Shown here: one piece after another, positions 23,701 to 32,290 of the stretch
Position numbering within the stretch: position 1 is the stretch's first letter
Layout of the letters: each line of letters starts with the position of its first letter
Assembly: GCA_964270895.1 (NCBI GenBank)
Contig: OZ185444.1
Reading direction: 5' to 3' (one strand)
Source of the DNA: Podarcis filfolensis
Taxonomy: Eukaryota
DNA: 64,000 nucleotides
The notes under the pieces: generated by a model
Database searches by the model: none
The model's input: only the letters and a program-made list of their open reading frames with translations
What the model was told of the DNA's origin: nothing
Position numbers and translations under genes: made by a program

Positions 23701-26700
23701 AATAACTTTGGTTGTAAGCATGTGCTCAAACTGAAGTCAGATACATAGTTACTGAGCATTTCTCCTTTGCCTGAAAATGCTGGCTGCCAAAGTGAGTCAT
23801 AAACTCCTTAATTTTCTAACACAGGAAGAGTTTTCTAACACTGTAATTACTGGATAAACTTCCTAGTTACTCTTTACCCGTAAAACAAAGTTATGTCATA
23901 AGAGTCGGAACCTCTCGGTACTCAGCAACGTATTGGGTATTTGACCTTCCCCTAGGAGGGAACTACCAGAGTTCTCCAATGCGTTACTGGGTGACACGGA
24001 GATCAATCTGTCAAATCATTCTAGTTCTTAAAGCAAATGATTTCATATTTTGTTCAGCAGGTTTTGAAGTTTACAGAGGATCACCTTCTGTTCCTAATGG
24101 CCTTTATAGCCAAATGCATCTTCCTGGCAGAGATTATCCTTCGGTGCAGTATCCTCACAGGGTAATTTTTTTGGAAGACTTTTGGCTTTGCAAAAGTATA
24201 CATGACCCTTGGTGGTGGTGTCCTGGATCCTGCTTGGGAATAAAGAACAAATACAGTACTTATTTGCACATAGTCAGGTTAATGGTGCTTTGCAAATTTG
24301 ACTTACCAGATTGAGAGGAGTATTGTAATGTATCATTTAGTAGGGACTAATTTTAATTGAAATGCCATCTAGAAAGGGCTGAATATATTCAGTGTTCATG
24401 CTTCCCATCCTAACTCTGAGAACATGACTTAAGTTTATATCGCTCAAGTCTATTGGGTTAATGCAGGCATTGCCAAACTGGGCCCTCCAGCTATTTTAGG
24501 ACTACAACTCACAGAATCCCTGACTAACAGGACCAGTGGTCAGGGATGATGGGAATTGTAGTCCCAAAACAGCTGGAGGGCCAAGTTTGGCCATGCCTGG
24601 GTTAATGTGTATGTCATGGAGCTATCTTTCTGAGTTCCCAGTATGCTGATGGATAGCTACAATGGTATTACATTTTGCTCCACTTTCAAGGAATATACAC
24701 TCATCTCAATTTAATAAAGCACATTCAGTCAGCTGTAGTGATACTGGAGCAAGGGTTGGCCATGTGAGGTGTCCAAGTGGATTATGACCCCTCCCACTGC
24801 TTTGAAGGCAGGAAAGATTTGATCATATTCTTTCTCCAGGAGTCTTCTCCCAATACTACTCAGGAGTGGGTGCCCCTGGAGCACTGCTCCTGACTGGAGC
24901 TGTTCTCCCAAAGGATGGAGATGCATAGTTGAGGTGTGCATCAAAGTGACATGCAGCCACACCACCCTAAAACATATACCTGAGGCCACTGGTTTCCCCA
25001 CCTGGAAGTATCCACAAAGGCATCAGTGCACTATAAAAACTGCCTTTTGAGCTCCCCTGGTCAGTCAACTAGTGTGCTTTTTCTCATGGCCATCACAAAA
25101 GTGTGGAGAATCTTGGAACTCAGTGCTGTTGCCAGCAATGACCACCGGTGTGTGTAACCGGTTCTCCTCATCCAACCCTTAAACCATCTCACCTCTCTGA
25201 GTGGGCCTGGCAGAAGCTGAATGTCTGGGTCCTCAAGATCAACATTCCCACATAATTGCCTTTACACAAAACAGTATCTTATGTCCTTCTGCCTAACTAC
25301 AGTAGGGGAAAGGCTTTAATTCAATCCTAGTGGATAAGGAGTTGCAATCTGTATTCTATGAGTCATTACACCTGCCAACACCATGACACACTGCACATTG
25401 GCAGCCTTGTCTATAAATGCACCAGATTTGCCATGTTAACTAGGCCACATTTCATACACCATTGCAAGTTGGACATACATGCTTCAGAATATATTTTTTT
25501 ACCTTCTAGCTATCCTTTTTTTCTTGAAAGTTCAGCTTTGGAAACCAGTAGGTCCAGGCCACACTGCTTTATTCTTTTCCTCCTCTTCTTCGTTTTTCGG
25601 TGCACACTCTGTCTCTCATGCTGTCTCATATTACTAAGTTGTTTCGGCATCACCTCTGCCTTGGAATAGAACCTCACCAGTAGAGAAAGGGGGAAAATCT
25701 GATCATGTTTCCTTCCTTCTGAGCAATAGGAGGAATCATAACCCACTTGGACACCTCCCACACCCAATAAGAAGTAACATTCATGGCGTGTACTGCACCA
25801 ACATTCTAATTTAAAAGTGTAGGTGCTTAATATGCATCCTGTTGATGCTGGTAGAAATTAAGTATGTTGGACTAACTACTTCTGATGTCTACTAAGCAGC
25901 AATAAACTTCAATGCTGGTACAATGGTACCTCAGTTTTCGAATGTCTCAGAAGTCGAATGTTTCGGTTTTCGAATGCCGAAAACCCGAAAGTAACTGCTT
26001 TGGTTTTCAAATGCTTTTTGGAAGTCGAACATGCCACACAGCTTCCATATTGAGTTTTCTTGAAGTAAATGCTTTAGTTTTTGAACGTTTCAGAACTCGA
26101 ATGGTCTTCTGGAACTGATTACGTTCGAAAACCGAGGTACCACTGTGTAGTAATTTTCTTTTCTCCCTCCCCTTCCCCATGAAGTAGATGTTATATGGCT
26201 GTAAATATTGTCTGGAGGTGCTTGACTAAACAGGAACAAATATTTGTGATCTCCTAGGATTTGAATTACCAGCAGAACTATAAGCGAGGCGGTATTAGTA
26301 GTGGCCGGGCAACCTCAAGAGGTAAGTTTACTTCGAACATTGCTTAAAATGCAGTTCTGTCCTAGATACTATGTAATACCTGAAATAAAACAATATAGGG
26401 CTGCATACAATAGTGACTGGATAATCGGATGTGCTTTCACCGCATAAGTTTTTGGGCTGGAATCAACTGTCTTATGCAACATATGGGCTCCATTGCTGCT
26501 CACAAGATGAATCTAATTCTTTCTGGCCCAGGAACATGATTTGTAGAGCTATTAAAAATTGATGATGGGGAAGGGGAGAGTTGTCATTTCAGTTGAGTTC
26601 TTAGCCTGCTCTCCTTGATGGAGGAGAGATGATCATGTCTCATCTCTTCAATCATTTGCCAAAGCAAGGAGGATCGGTCAAATACCCCGGCTTTCTAGGA

Positions 26701-29008
26701 GATGCTGGGATTTGTTCTTGTCTTATTTTTATTTAATAATTGGCTTTTAACTGTGAAAGGTTTTCTCAGCTGTGGTACTTTCACCATGAGAAATCTCCCT
26801 CTGCCTTCTCTGGTGGATGGGGAGTTGCCCATCACTGGGTGTCCTGTTCCATCTGTAAAGGAAACTTTACGGAAAGGCAGTGTTCCTGCTCTGCCTTCGC
26901 CATACCTCAGAGTCATATGAGCAAAAAGAACCAGAAAATATTCTCTAGAGCAGGGGTAGTCAGCCTTTTTATACCTACCGCCCACTAATGCATCTTTCTT
27001 GATGGTAAAATTTCCTTACCGCCCACCAGTGCTCAATGCAAGGAGGATTCATTTAGTGCCGTAGAATCCCCTACCACCCACCTAGAATCCTGACATGCAC
27101 ACTAGTTGGCATTCGGGACCAGGTTGTCAACCTCTGCTTGAGAGAATCCAAGACTAGCTTAAATAAACAGTTCAGAGCAGCCATTTCACTGTAACTATTG
27201 TCTCAAGCCAGTAGTAAGCCCACTTTATACACAGGTGATTTAAAGTAGGCCTAATGGTTTGTTCAGATTATCAAGGAGAAGTACTGAAGTTGCTCCAGTC
27301 TAGCCATATTAGCAGCTTGGTGCAGAGTTTATAAAATCCTTAAAGCTTCTGTATTTTAGGTTACAGACAAGAAAACAGACAGGAAGAGATTTGCTCATCA
27401 GGTAGAGCTCGAGGTAGAACTCGTGTTAGAGAATACTTCAGAAGAAGGGAATTGAGGAAAACTGAGAGAAATGTGAAGGAAGCAGAGTCTGAAAGCAGTC
27501 TTGTGACCACGAGGATGCATCAGTTCAGTTAGTGTTGATTAACAGTTCAGTTGATATTGGTAACTTGGTTTTCTATACTAAATAAACACACATTTATAAG
27601 ATATGTCCTTTCTTGGTAGTAAGAATATTGCACCCTCCAAAATGTGTTTTCTGTTAACTAGATATTTAAGTATTTGTCTTGATTTCCAAGGTGAGCATGT
27701 AGCCACTGCTTATTCACCATAAACATAATAGTAGAACTATTGCATTGTCATCTTAACCTCTGCTACTCTTTCTGGGTGAAGAGAAGCTTGAATCAATTCA
27801 ACGCTAAGCTTGCTGTGGAAGTGCACTTGTTACATATCTGACACACACATTGTTTTCAGAGTAAGGAGGTGGGAACGCTGTTTGAGTTAAGAGGAAATCT
27901 GGACTTGCAGCGTGCTGATAGACTGGCCCTTGTGTTTGCCATGAAGCAGCTCTGCTTTTTTTCAGAGCACAGCACCAACTGCTGTCAGTCAGGGAGCCAC
28001 TGTGTGTTTTGGAGGTTATCTTGCCATTAGTGGAGAAGATTTTTAAAATACTGAACAGATACTGGAGCAGATGAGCATGGGGTGGGGAGAATGAATAAAG
28101 CACAGCAACCAAAGCATGGCTGGCTTGCAGCAGCATGAGGAACACACTCAATCCAGAGGCTGTATATTTGTTGGTTGAGTAAAGCTGGAGTTGCTTTGCA
28201 GCTGAGAAACCCACACCCAAGCCTCTCTAACATTATATCCATCTCCACACTCACTTTGAAGAAAAATGATTAAAAACTTGTAAGAACTAGGTACAAGTCT
28301 AACTGGGATCTGTCTAGTCACTAATACACAAGGTCTTTTTTAACGACTGCTTGAAACATGCAAGCTTGAACAAACGAGTGCTAGAAATACTGAATTTAAG
28401 GTTACGTCAGAACTAACCATTGCTCATAATCTTCAACAACAGGATGGAGCGATTCTTCTCAGGTGAGCAGCCCAGAACGTGACAGTGAGACTTTTGACAG
28501 TGGGGACTCTGGGCAGGGTGACTCACGCAGCATTACTCCTGTTGATATGCCAGTGACGAGCCAAGCAACCACCTTTGTACCTGTGCACATCTATGCCTTC
28601 CCACAGCAAGTCAGAGCTGCCTTTTCGGCTAGTAGAACTTCTAACTTTACTCCTGGAACTCTAGACCAACCTATTACATTTGACTCCCTGTTACACAATC
28701 TTGGTGAAGCCTTTAATATCCATCTTGGTAGGTTTAGCTGTCCTGTGAATGGTACTTATGTGTTCCTCTTCAATATGCTGAAGTTGGCTGTGAATGTTCC
28801 TCTGTATGTGAACCTGATGAAAAATGAAGAGATTCTAGTATCTGCATATGCCAATGATGGTGCTCCAGATCATGAGACTGCTAGTAATCATGCAGTCCTC
28901 CAGCTTTTTCAGGGAGACCAGATTTGGTTACGCCTCCATAGAGGAGCTATTTATGGAAGTAGCTGGAAGTACTCTACATTCTCAGGATTTGTTCTGTATC
29001 AAGACTGA
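1423..29008 (+). CDS. CAPRIN2: Caprin-2 (RNA-granule protein with C-terminal C1q domain), whole spliced CDS span, ~1135-1149 aa
   Basis: 20 exons joined by hand through GT-AG introns with consistent phases (one ambiguous junction). Translation matches recalled Caprin-2: AYETYIDNGLICMKHKIRNIEKKK, LPKDPVLRRERLQDLMTQIQG, RGSVRG..RGGR, C1q tail ..HRGAIYGSSWKYSTFSGFVLYQD*. Confidence 0.97.
2247..2443. mobile_element. Penelope-like element terminal-repeat remnant with foldback (66-bp arms)
   Basis: Begins GTAGGTAGCCGTGT..GTCTGCCGTAGTCGAAAC, resembling recalled reptile PLE termini. Arms 2303-2368 and 2378-2443 match at 62/66. Second copy at 62224. Confidence 0.72.
2343..2376 (-). ncRNA. Minimal type I hammerhead-ribozyme core (probably decayed)
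   Basis: Minus strand reads CTGAAGA-A-GTGTG CATG CACAT-GAAA-GC-TC-ATAC; the stem I 5' strand is missing. Confidence 0.55.
2951..3013 (+). CDS. CAPRIN2: CAPRIN2 exon c2 (LKLEDYRDRLKKGEPLNQDQL)
   Basis: TTTTCAG| ... |GTAAGC; 63 nt, phase 0/0. Confidence 0.95.
3135..3236 (+). mobile_element. 5'-truncated RTE/BovB-type 3' end with 12-bp TSD
   Basis: GCCTGGCGTGCT..CATGGGGTC..AAGAGTCGGACA.GACT plus (CAA)n tail. TSD AAATCTTAACAA at 3123-3134 and 3237-3248. Confidence 0.8.
4580..4683 (+). mobile_element. L2-type 3' tail ending in (AAT)n
   Basis: TTGTGACCTGCCTTGGG..GAGACGGG followed by ~14 TAA units (4641-4683). Confidence 0.5.
5041..5127 (+). CDS. CAPRIN2: CAPRIN2 exon c3 (EAVEKYDEVIHNLEFAKDLQKTFSGLSQD)
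   Basis: TTACAG| ... |GTAAGT; 87 nt. Confidence 0.95.
5597..5835 (+). CDS. CAPRIN2: CAPRIN2 exon c4 (LLKAQRKAQRRE...RNEGV)
   Basis: ATACAG| ... AG|GTAAGT; 239 nt, phase 0/2. Confidence 0.95.
7068..7150 (+). CDS. CAPRIN2: CAPRIN2 exon c5 (VEDQMEQSSRYFWDLLEGSEKTVAGTT)
   Basis: TGAAG| ... T|GTGAGT; 83 nt, phase 2/1. Confidence 0.93.
8183..8371 (+). CDS. CAPRIN2: CAPRIN2 exon c6 (YKYLKDLISKLLNSGYFE...VSES)
   Basis: TCCTCTAG| ... G|GTAATA; 189 nt, phase 1/1. Confidence 0.93.
8836..8879 (+). CDS. CAPRIN2: CAPRIN2 exon c7 (PQMEPIQSEIQPQE)
   Basis: CTTCTTCCTAG| ... GAG|GTAAGT; 44 nt, phase 1/0. Confidence 0.92.
9591..10250 (+). CDS. CAPRIN2: CAPRIN2 exon c8, large low-complexity exon (FLNRHY...GPSE)
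   Basis: TTTGTATAG| ... GAA|GTGAGT; 660 nt open frame (track ORF 9609-10271). Confidence 0.93.
11189..11284 (+). CDS. CAPRIN2: CAPRIN2 candidate cassette exon c9 (DEKTDGVNEGGIDATSVGEPCKLPRSFENSLQ)
   Basis: TTCTTATTTTACATAG| ... CAG|GTTTGC; 96 nt, stop-free, phase 0/0; no recalled human counterpart. Confidence 0.6.
11447..11629 (+). mobile_element. tRNA-derived squamate SINE (Squam3-like), copy A
   Basis: tRNA-like head (GTGGTAGAGCA..GGTTCAATTCC), GCTGCTGCCAGTCAG core, TAAGGCAGCTTCCTA tail. Confidence 0.78.
11667..13326 (-). mobile_element. L2-clade LINE fragment, antisense in CAPRIN2 intron; broken ORF2 (EN C-terminal part + RT)
   Basis: Track ORFs 12990-13340 (PTHQVSHTLDLIF), 12596-13006 (SAAFD, GVPQGAILSPMLF, YADDTQLY), 11889-12671 (SRLDYCNSL, LHWLPV); (ATT)n tail. 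Possible TSD TAGTAGTAG at 11658 and 13327. Confidence 0.92.
13791..14370. mobile_element. Non-autonomous hAT-type DNA transposon (~580 bp)
   Basis: CAGGGGTCAGCAAACT...AGTTTGCCTATCCATG ends; flanks CTTTAATC / CTTTAACC (7/8 TSD). Confidence 0.75.
14481..14609 (+). CDS. CAPRIN2: CAPRIN2 exon c10 (APKPVHQ...LPKDPVLRRERLQDLMTQIQGTYNFMQ)
   Basis: TTTTATTAG| ... CAA|GTAAGT; 129 nt. Confidence 0.95.
14866..14941 (+). CDS. CAPRIN2: CAPRIN2 exon c11 (ESLLDFDKPS...DST)
   Basis: TTTTTAAG| ... G|GTAATC; 76 nt, phase 0/1. Confidence 0.93.
16110..16162 (+). CDS. CAPRIN2: CAPRIN2 exon c12 (PNEQLSSQNDFPEEPVQ)
   Basis: TTTTGTAG| ... CAG|GTAAGA; 53 nt, phase 1/0. Confidence 0.9.
16257..16392. mobile_element. 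hAT-type MITE, 136 bp
   Basis: TIR CAGGCATC...GATGCCTG, internally palindromic; perfect 8-bp TSD GCCTTGAG. Confidence 0.9.
17417..18603 (-). mobile_element. Putative internally deleted L1-like element
   Basis: Minus strand starts GGACTTCCGGTTTTTGCTGCCATGG and ends A-rich; more CpG than its flanks; weak ORF2-C-like peptide (LARYQLVIGW). No TSD found. Confidence 0.35.
18695..18790 (+). CDS. CAPRIN2: CAPRIN2 exon c13 (VAASPIALHG...SETELATPQ)
   Basis: TGACAG| ... CAG|GTTACT (weak donor; in-frame stop follows); 96 nt; resembles human ATSSPV...SETE. Confidence 0.8.
19386..19617. mobile_element. Tc1/mariner (Tigger-like) MITE T1
   Basis: TA|CAGTGGTACCTCGG...CCGAGGTACCACTG|TA. Confidence 0.9.
20208..20321 (+). 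CDS. CAPRIN2: CAPRIN2 candidate cassette exon c14 (TSVTNSQESENFSPPQSFYQISKEIAEVLKPKKSEISQ)
   Basis: GTCTCTAG| ... CAG|GTGAGT; 114 nt, stop-free, phase 0/0; no recalled human counterpart. Confidence 0.68.
20824..20973 (+). CDS. CAPRIN2: CAPRIN2 exon c15 (VPIPLSSE...GFQSPSP...APFQAVQI)
   Basis: TTTTTCCTTCAAG| ... ATT|GTAAGT; 150 nt. Confidence 0.92.
21530..21713 (+). CDS. CAPRIN2: CAPRIN2 exon c16 (VFKVNAPLPPR...TASTQTPPQC...DALPN)
   Basis: GTTGCAG| ... G|GTAAGG (phase 1); alternative phase-0 donor ATG|GTAATG at 21739. Confidence 0.88.
22040..22210 (+). mobile_element. Degraded CR1-like 3' end
   Basis: GTTGGCCACTGTGAGAAC..GGGCCTTTGGCCTGATTCAGCAG..CTTACATCCTTA tail. Confidence 0.5.
22658..22835 (+). 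CDS. CAPRIN2: CAPRIN2 exon c17 (YLVEGAVPVSNG...SRGSVRGTVRGGRS...GGYK), RG/RGG region
   Basis: Donor G|GTATGT at 22835 is clear; 5' boundary uncertain (22658 phase 0 or 22674 phase 1). Confidence 0.82.
24061..24161 (+). CDS. CAPRIN2: CAPRIN2 exon c18 (GFEVYRGSPS...QYPHR)
   Basis: TTCAGCAG| tandem acceptor ... AGG|GTAATT; 101 nt, phase 1/0. Confidence 0.92.
24464..24599. mobile_element. hAT-type MITE, 136 bp (internally opposite orientation to 16257 copy)
   Basis: CAGGCAT...ATGCCTG; perfect 8-bp TSD GGTTAATG. Confidence 0.9.
25921..26145. mobile_element. Tc1/mariner-type MITE T2
   Basis: TA|CAATGGTACCTC...GAGGTACCACTG. Confidence 0.8.
26258..26321 (+). CDS. CAPRIN2: CAPRIN2 exon c19 (DLNYQQNYKRGGISSGRATSR)
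   Basis: CTCCTAG| ... G|GTAAGT; 64 nt, phase 0/1. Confidence 0.92.
26951..27136. mobile_element. hAT-type MITE
   Basis: CAGGGGTAGTCAGCCT...AGGTTGTCAACCTCTG; flanks CTCTAGAG / CTTGAGAG. Confidence 0.65.
27360..27532 (+). CDS. CAPRIN2: Candidate alternative terminal exon of CAPRIN2 (C1q-less isoform, 57-aa Arg-rich tail)
   Basis: CTTCTGTATTTTAG| acceptor in the phase required by c19; open to TAG 27530-27532; AATAAA at 27581. Confidence 0.6.
27581..27586 (+). terminator. Candidate intronic polyadenylation signal (AATAAA)
   Basis: 49 nt after the alternative-exon stop, followed by U-rich sequence. Confidence 0.5.
28443..29008 (+). CDS. CAPRIN2: CAPRIN2 last exon c20 (WSDSSQVSSPERD...C1q domain...LYQD*)
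   Basis: CAACAACAG| phase 1; TGA 29006-29008; C1q motifs FSASRT, GRFSCPVNGTYVF, STFSGFVLY. Confidence 0.97.
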
Positions 29009-29320
29009 ATACTAATGTTTACAATAGATCTGCTCTAAACAATTTGGTGAAGGAAGGTGAAAACTGGGAAGACTCGTTTTGCACTGCACATTAACTGCTT
29101 GAAACACACCCACATAATTCTGATATGGTGATATGGTGAACTGTCTTGCTATGAGATGGAGTTGGGTCAGCACAAATGTGGCACTTTATCAGTTTTGATG
29201 TAGTCTTGATGGTAAAGCTGTGAATGTATGTTTGCTTTTCTCCCTGAACTGTAATTATCAGCTTACTACACTGCTCAAAATTTGCCTCAAGTCTAGGCTA
29301 TTCACAATGCCTTGTGCCTC

Positions 29321-29326
29321 AATAAA
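29321..29326 (+). terminator. Probable CAPRIN2 polyadenylation signal (AATAAA)
   Basis: First AATAAA I saw after the stop, ~310 nt downstream. Confidence 0.55.
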
Positions 29327-29382
29327 AAATATGCCTTAGTATCAATGTCTGTACTGCTGGGTGCACATGATCTCCTTTATAA

Positions 29383-29550
29383 GGGGGGCACATTCTATGG
29401 TAGAGTATATGCGTTGCATGCAGGAGATCCCAGACTCAGTCCTCATAACTCCCACCTAAAAGGATGCGGCTGCTGCTTGTCAAAGTAGACTTATAAAACT
29501 AGATGACCTGTCAAGGGTCCAACTCGGTATAAGGCAGCTTCATATGTTCT
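29383..29550 (+). mobile_element. tRNA-derived squamate SINE copy B (degraded)
   Basis: TGGTAGAG..TTGCATGCAGGAG head; GTATAAGGCAGCTTCATATG tail. Confidence 0.6.
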
Positions 29551-31351
29551 TACTTTCCCTTATAAAAATATGCAATCTAAGACTTGGAGTAGACCAACTG
29601 AAATGAATTGCCCTTGACTGAATTGGGTCCATTAATTTAAAAGGGTCAGCTCTACGTAGAAATTGGTTGGATACAACCCAAAGCAAGAAGTTGGGAGATG
29701 ACTTTCAAAGTTACCTTTCCCCATTACTTTATAGAGTTTATACAGCTGTAGTCAGCTTGTGCTGATGTGAATTTAAGACATGGGTAAGCTTCAAAGTTAT
29801 TGTCATTCTTTCTTGCAGTGGGTGGGTGGGAGAACTCCACATCTACTGGGAAATGTAACAGTAAATGTAATCCCAAAAATATTTCAAGTGATATTTTACT
29901 AGTCCTAATTGTTTCCTGGCAGTTCCTTGTCTACTGATAATGCTGCCTCCTTGATACCTACCAGTGCTGCTACTTGGAAAGAAGTCCTCCTATATCTGGG
30001 GCAATACTCTAAACCAGTTCTCATTTTTTCTTGCTGCTGTTTAACTAATTGAAAGTTCCTCAGGTCAATGTCTACATTGACTAGTTTTTGCACACATGGA
30101 TGTATGGGCCTCTGTAGTACGGGGTAGTTGTCTTTAGTCCTTTGCTGAAAAACTTGTTAAAATTAAGAGCTGCTGTTAGCACTTAGTTGCATCTGACATG
30201 TTAGCAAGAATACTGTTTTCAACAGCAAGAGCTATATATGCCAGTATAGCTGCCCACGGTGCACACATGTGTGGGTGGGTGGGGGCATAGAATCTGACTT
30301 GCATCTTAAAGGATAAAACTTTTACCTGCTAATTCTGCCACCCATGAAACAGTCTTCAGAACTCCTCTGTTGTATTAGTGTTCAGCTTCTCACTAACACA
30401 AAAACTAGCTCATGCATAGCCTTTTAAATAGATTTAATTAAGTGACACTTATGGTAGTGTCTTCCTTTGCTCACTTGAAACAAAGTCCTGCCCTTTTAAG
30501 ACTTTTGGTGTAGGATGTCCTACATTCATTTTTCTAGAGCTGATTGTGTGGCTGTATACTGGCAGTTGTCCCAGCCACTCGTTTCATAGCATAAAAGGCA
30601 AGGTTTTCATCTATAAGGCTTAAATCTTGCAAGCTTTCCAATGCTGCATATGTGAATATTGGTACAAAGAGCTAAGCTGAGCCTTAAAACACCCTTAATG
30701 TTTTCTTCAATCACCAAAGTTACTATAGCTTTTAATGCATCCTAAAACTAATTGTTTTCTATCAGCTGTTTCAGGTGATGAACTCTTTAACTTCTCTTGA
30801 GTTCAAACTATCTGAAGTAAGCGTCACACACATGTGGTTAGGCTTCTTGCTCTAATATTGGGCAAACTATTCAAATAGTATTTGTTGTTTAGACTGTATT
30901 TTTCAACCACATTTCTTGAAGCAGTATGCAAATTAGGCAGATTACATTGCTAATACCTTCGAGTACATTCTAGATCAGGGCAGCTCAACTTTCCATACTA
31001 AGTGGGCCACAAGAGTACTTCAACATGGAGCCCACAGGCCACACACTGCCTTGTGTGTGTGTGTACGAGGAAGCAAGGCCAAAATTTGGGACACACATCA
31101 CAGCTACTTGGCTTTGGGAAGGAGGTGCAAGGCTCTGGCAGGGTTCTAGAGCCCTCCACCTCCTTCCTAAAGCTGGGAAAGCACTAATTAAGCTTTGGGA
31201 AGGGTATGCGAGGGCTGCAGGTGAGGGTAGCATCAAATGTTGCTGAGGACTCTCAGAAAAGGCCTTGGTAGCGGCATGTAGCCCTTAAGCCGCACATTGG
31301 ACTAGATTGTAAGAACCCCCCCAAAAAACCCCACCTTGCAAGGTTCTGCAT

Positions 31352-31487
31352 CAGGCATCCGCAACCTTCAGCCCTCCAGATGTTTTGGACTACAATTCCC
31401 ATCATCCCTGACCACTGGTCCTGTTAGCTAGGGATCATGGGAGTTGTAGGCCAAAACATCTGGAGGGCTGCAGGTTGGGGATGCCTG
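31352..31487. mobile_element. hAT-type MITE, 136 bp, near-identical to 16257 copy
   Basis: CAGGCATC...GATGCCTG; flanks TTCTGCAT / TTCTACAT (7/8). Confidence 0.9.
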
Positions 31488-31686
31488 TTCTACATTCAAA
31501 GTGCTCAAAGTACATAGAATTGGATTTGTAACTAAAGTAAAAAGTGAATTGAAGGATTGCTTTGTATAAACTAAAAGGTTTTTCAGATGTCAGAATGGAA
31601 TATTAAAACTGGTCAATGGGATGGAAGCTTTAGTGCAGCTGGAGCTCTGCTTGGATAGTTTGCGAGTAAGCATATGGAACCTTGTA

Positions 31687-31912
31687 CAGTGGTACCTCGC
31701 AAGATGAATGCCTCGTAAGACGAAAAACTCGCAAGACAAAAGAGTTTTTCGTTTTTTGACGTGCTTCGCAAGACAAATTTCCCTGTGGGCTTGCTTCGCA
31801 AGACGAAAACGTCTTGCAAGTTTGTTTTTCAATGCATTCCTATGGGAATCCGTGCTTCACAAGACGAAAAAACTCACAGAACGAATTAATTTCGTCTTGC
31901 GAGGTACCACTG
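31687..31912. mobile_element. Tc1/mariner-type MITE T3 with internal GCAAGAC repeats
   Basis: TA|CAGTGGTACCTCGCAAGA...TCTTGCGAGGTACCACTG|TA. Confidence 0.88.
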
Positions 31913-31943
31913 TACTTCAGTCTTCTTTGTGGGTGGGTATCAA

Positions 31944-32290
31944 GAGACGCGGGTGGCACTGTGATCTAAACCATTGAGCCTAGGACTTGCCAATTGGAAG
32001 GTTGGTGGTTCAAATCCCCGCGATGGGGTGAGCTCCCGTTGCTCAGTCCCAGCACCTGCCAACCTAGCATTTTGAAAGCATGTCAAAGTGCAAGTAGTAA
32101 ATAGGTACTGCTCCGGCAGGAAAGTAAACTGCGCTTCTGTGCACTGCTCTGATTTCGCCAGAAGTGGCCTAGTCATGCTGGCCACATGACCCAGAAAAAC
32201 TGTCTGCAGACAAACGTCAGCTCCCTCAGCCAGTAAAGCCCAGAGTTGCTCACGACTGGACTTAACTGTCAGGGGTCCTTTACCTTTACC
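31944..32290 (+). mobile_element. Sauria SINE
   Basis: GACGCGGGTGGC..GGTTCAAATCC..GGGGTGAGCTCCCGTT..AGTCATGCTGGCCACATGACC..CCTTTACCTTTACC tail. Confidence 0.88.

Noticed and set aside
24700-25770. Mixed-composition intronic stretch with 85-103 aa ORFs, one with a basic run (RKTKKRRKR)
   Set aside because: No domain motifs, splice frame or TE termini recognised; may be an old repeat.
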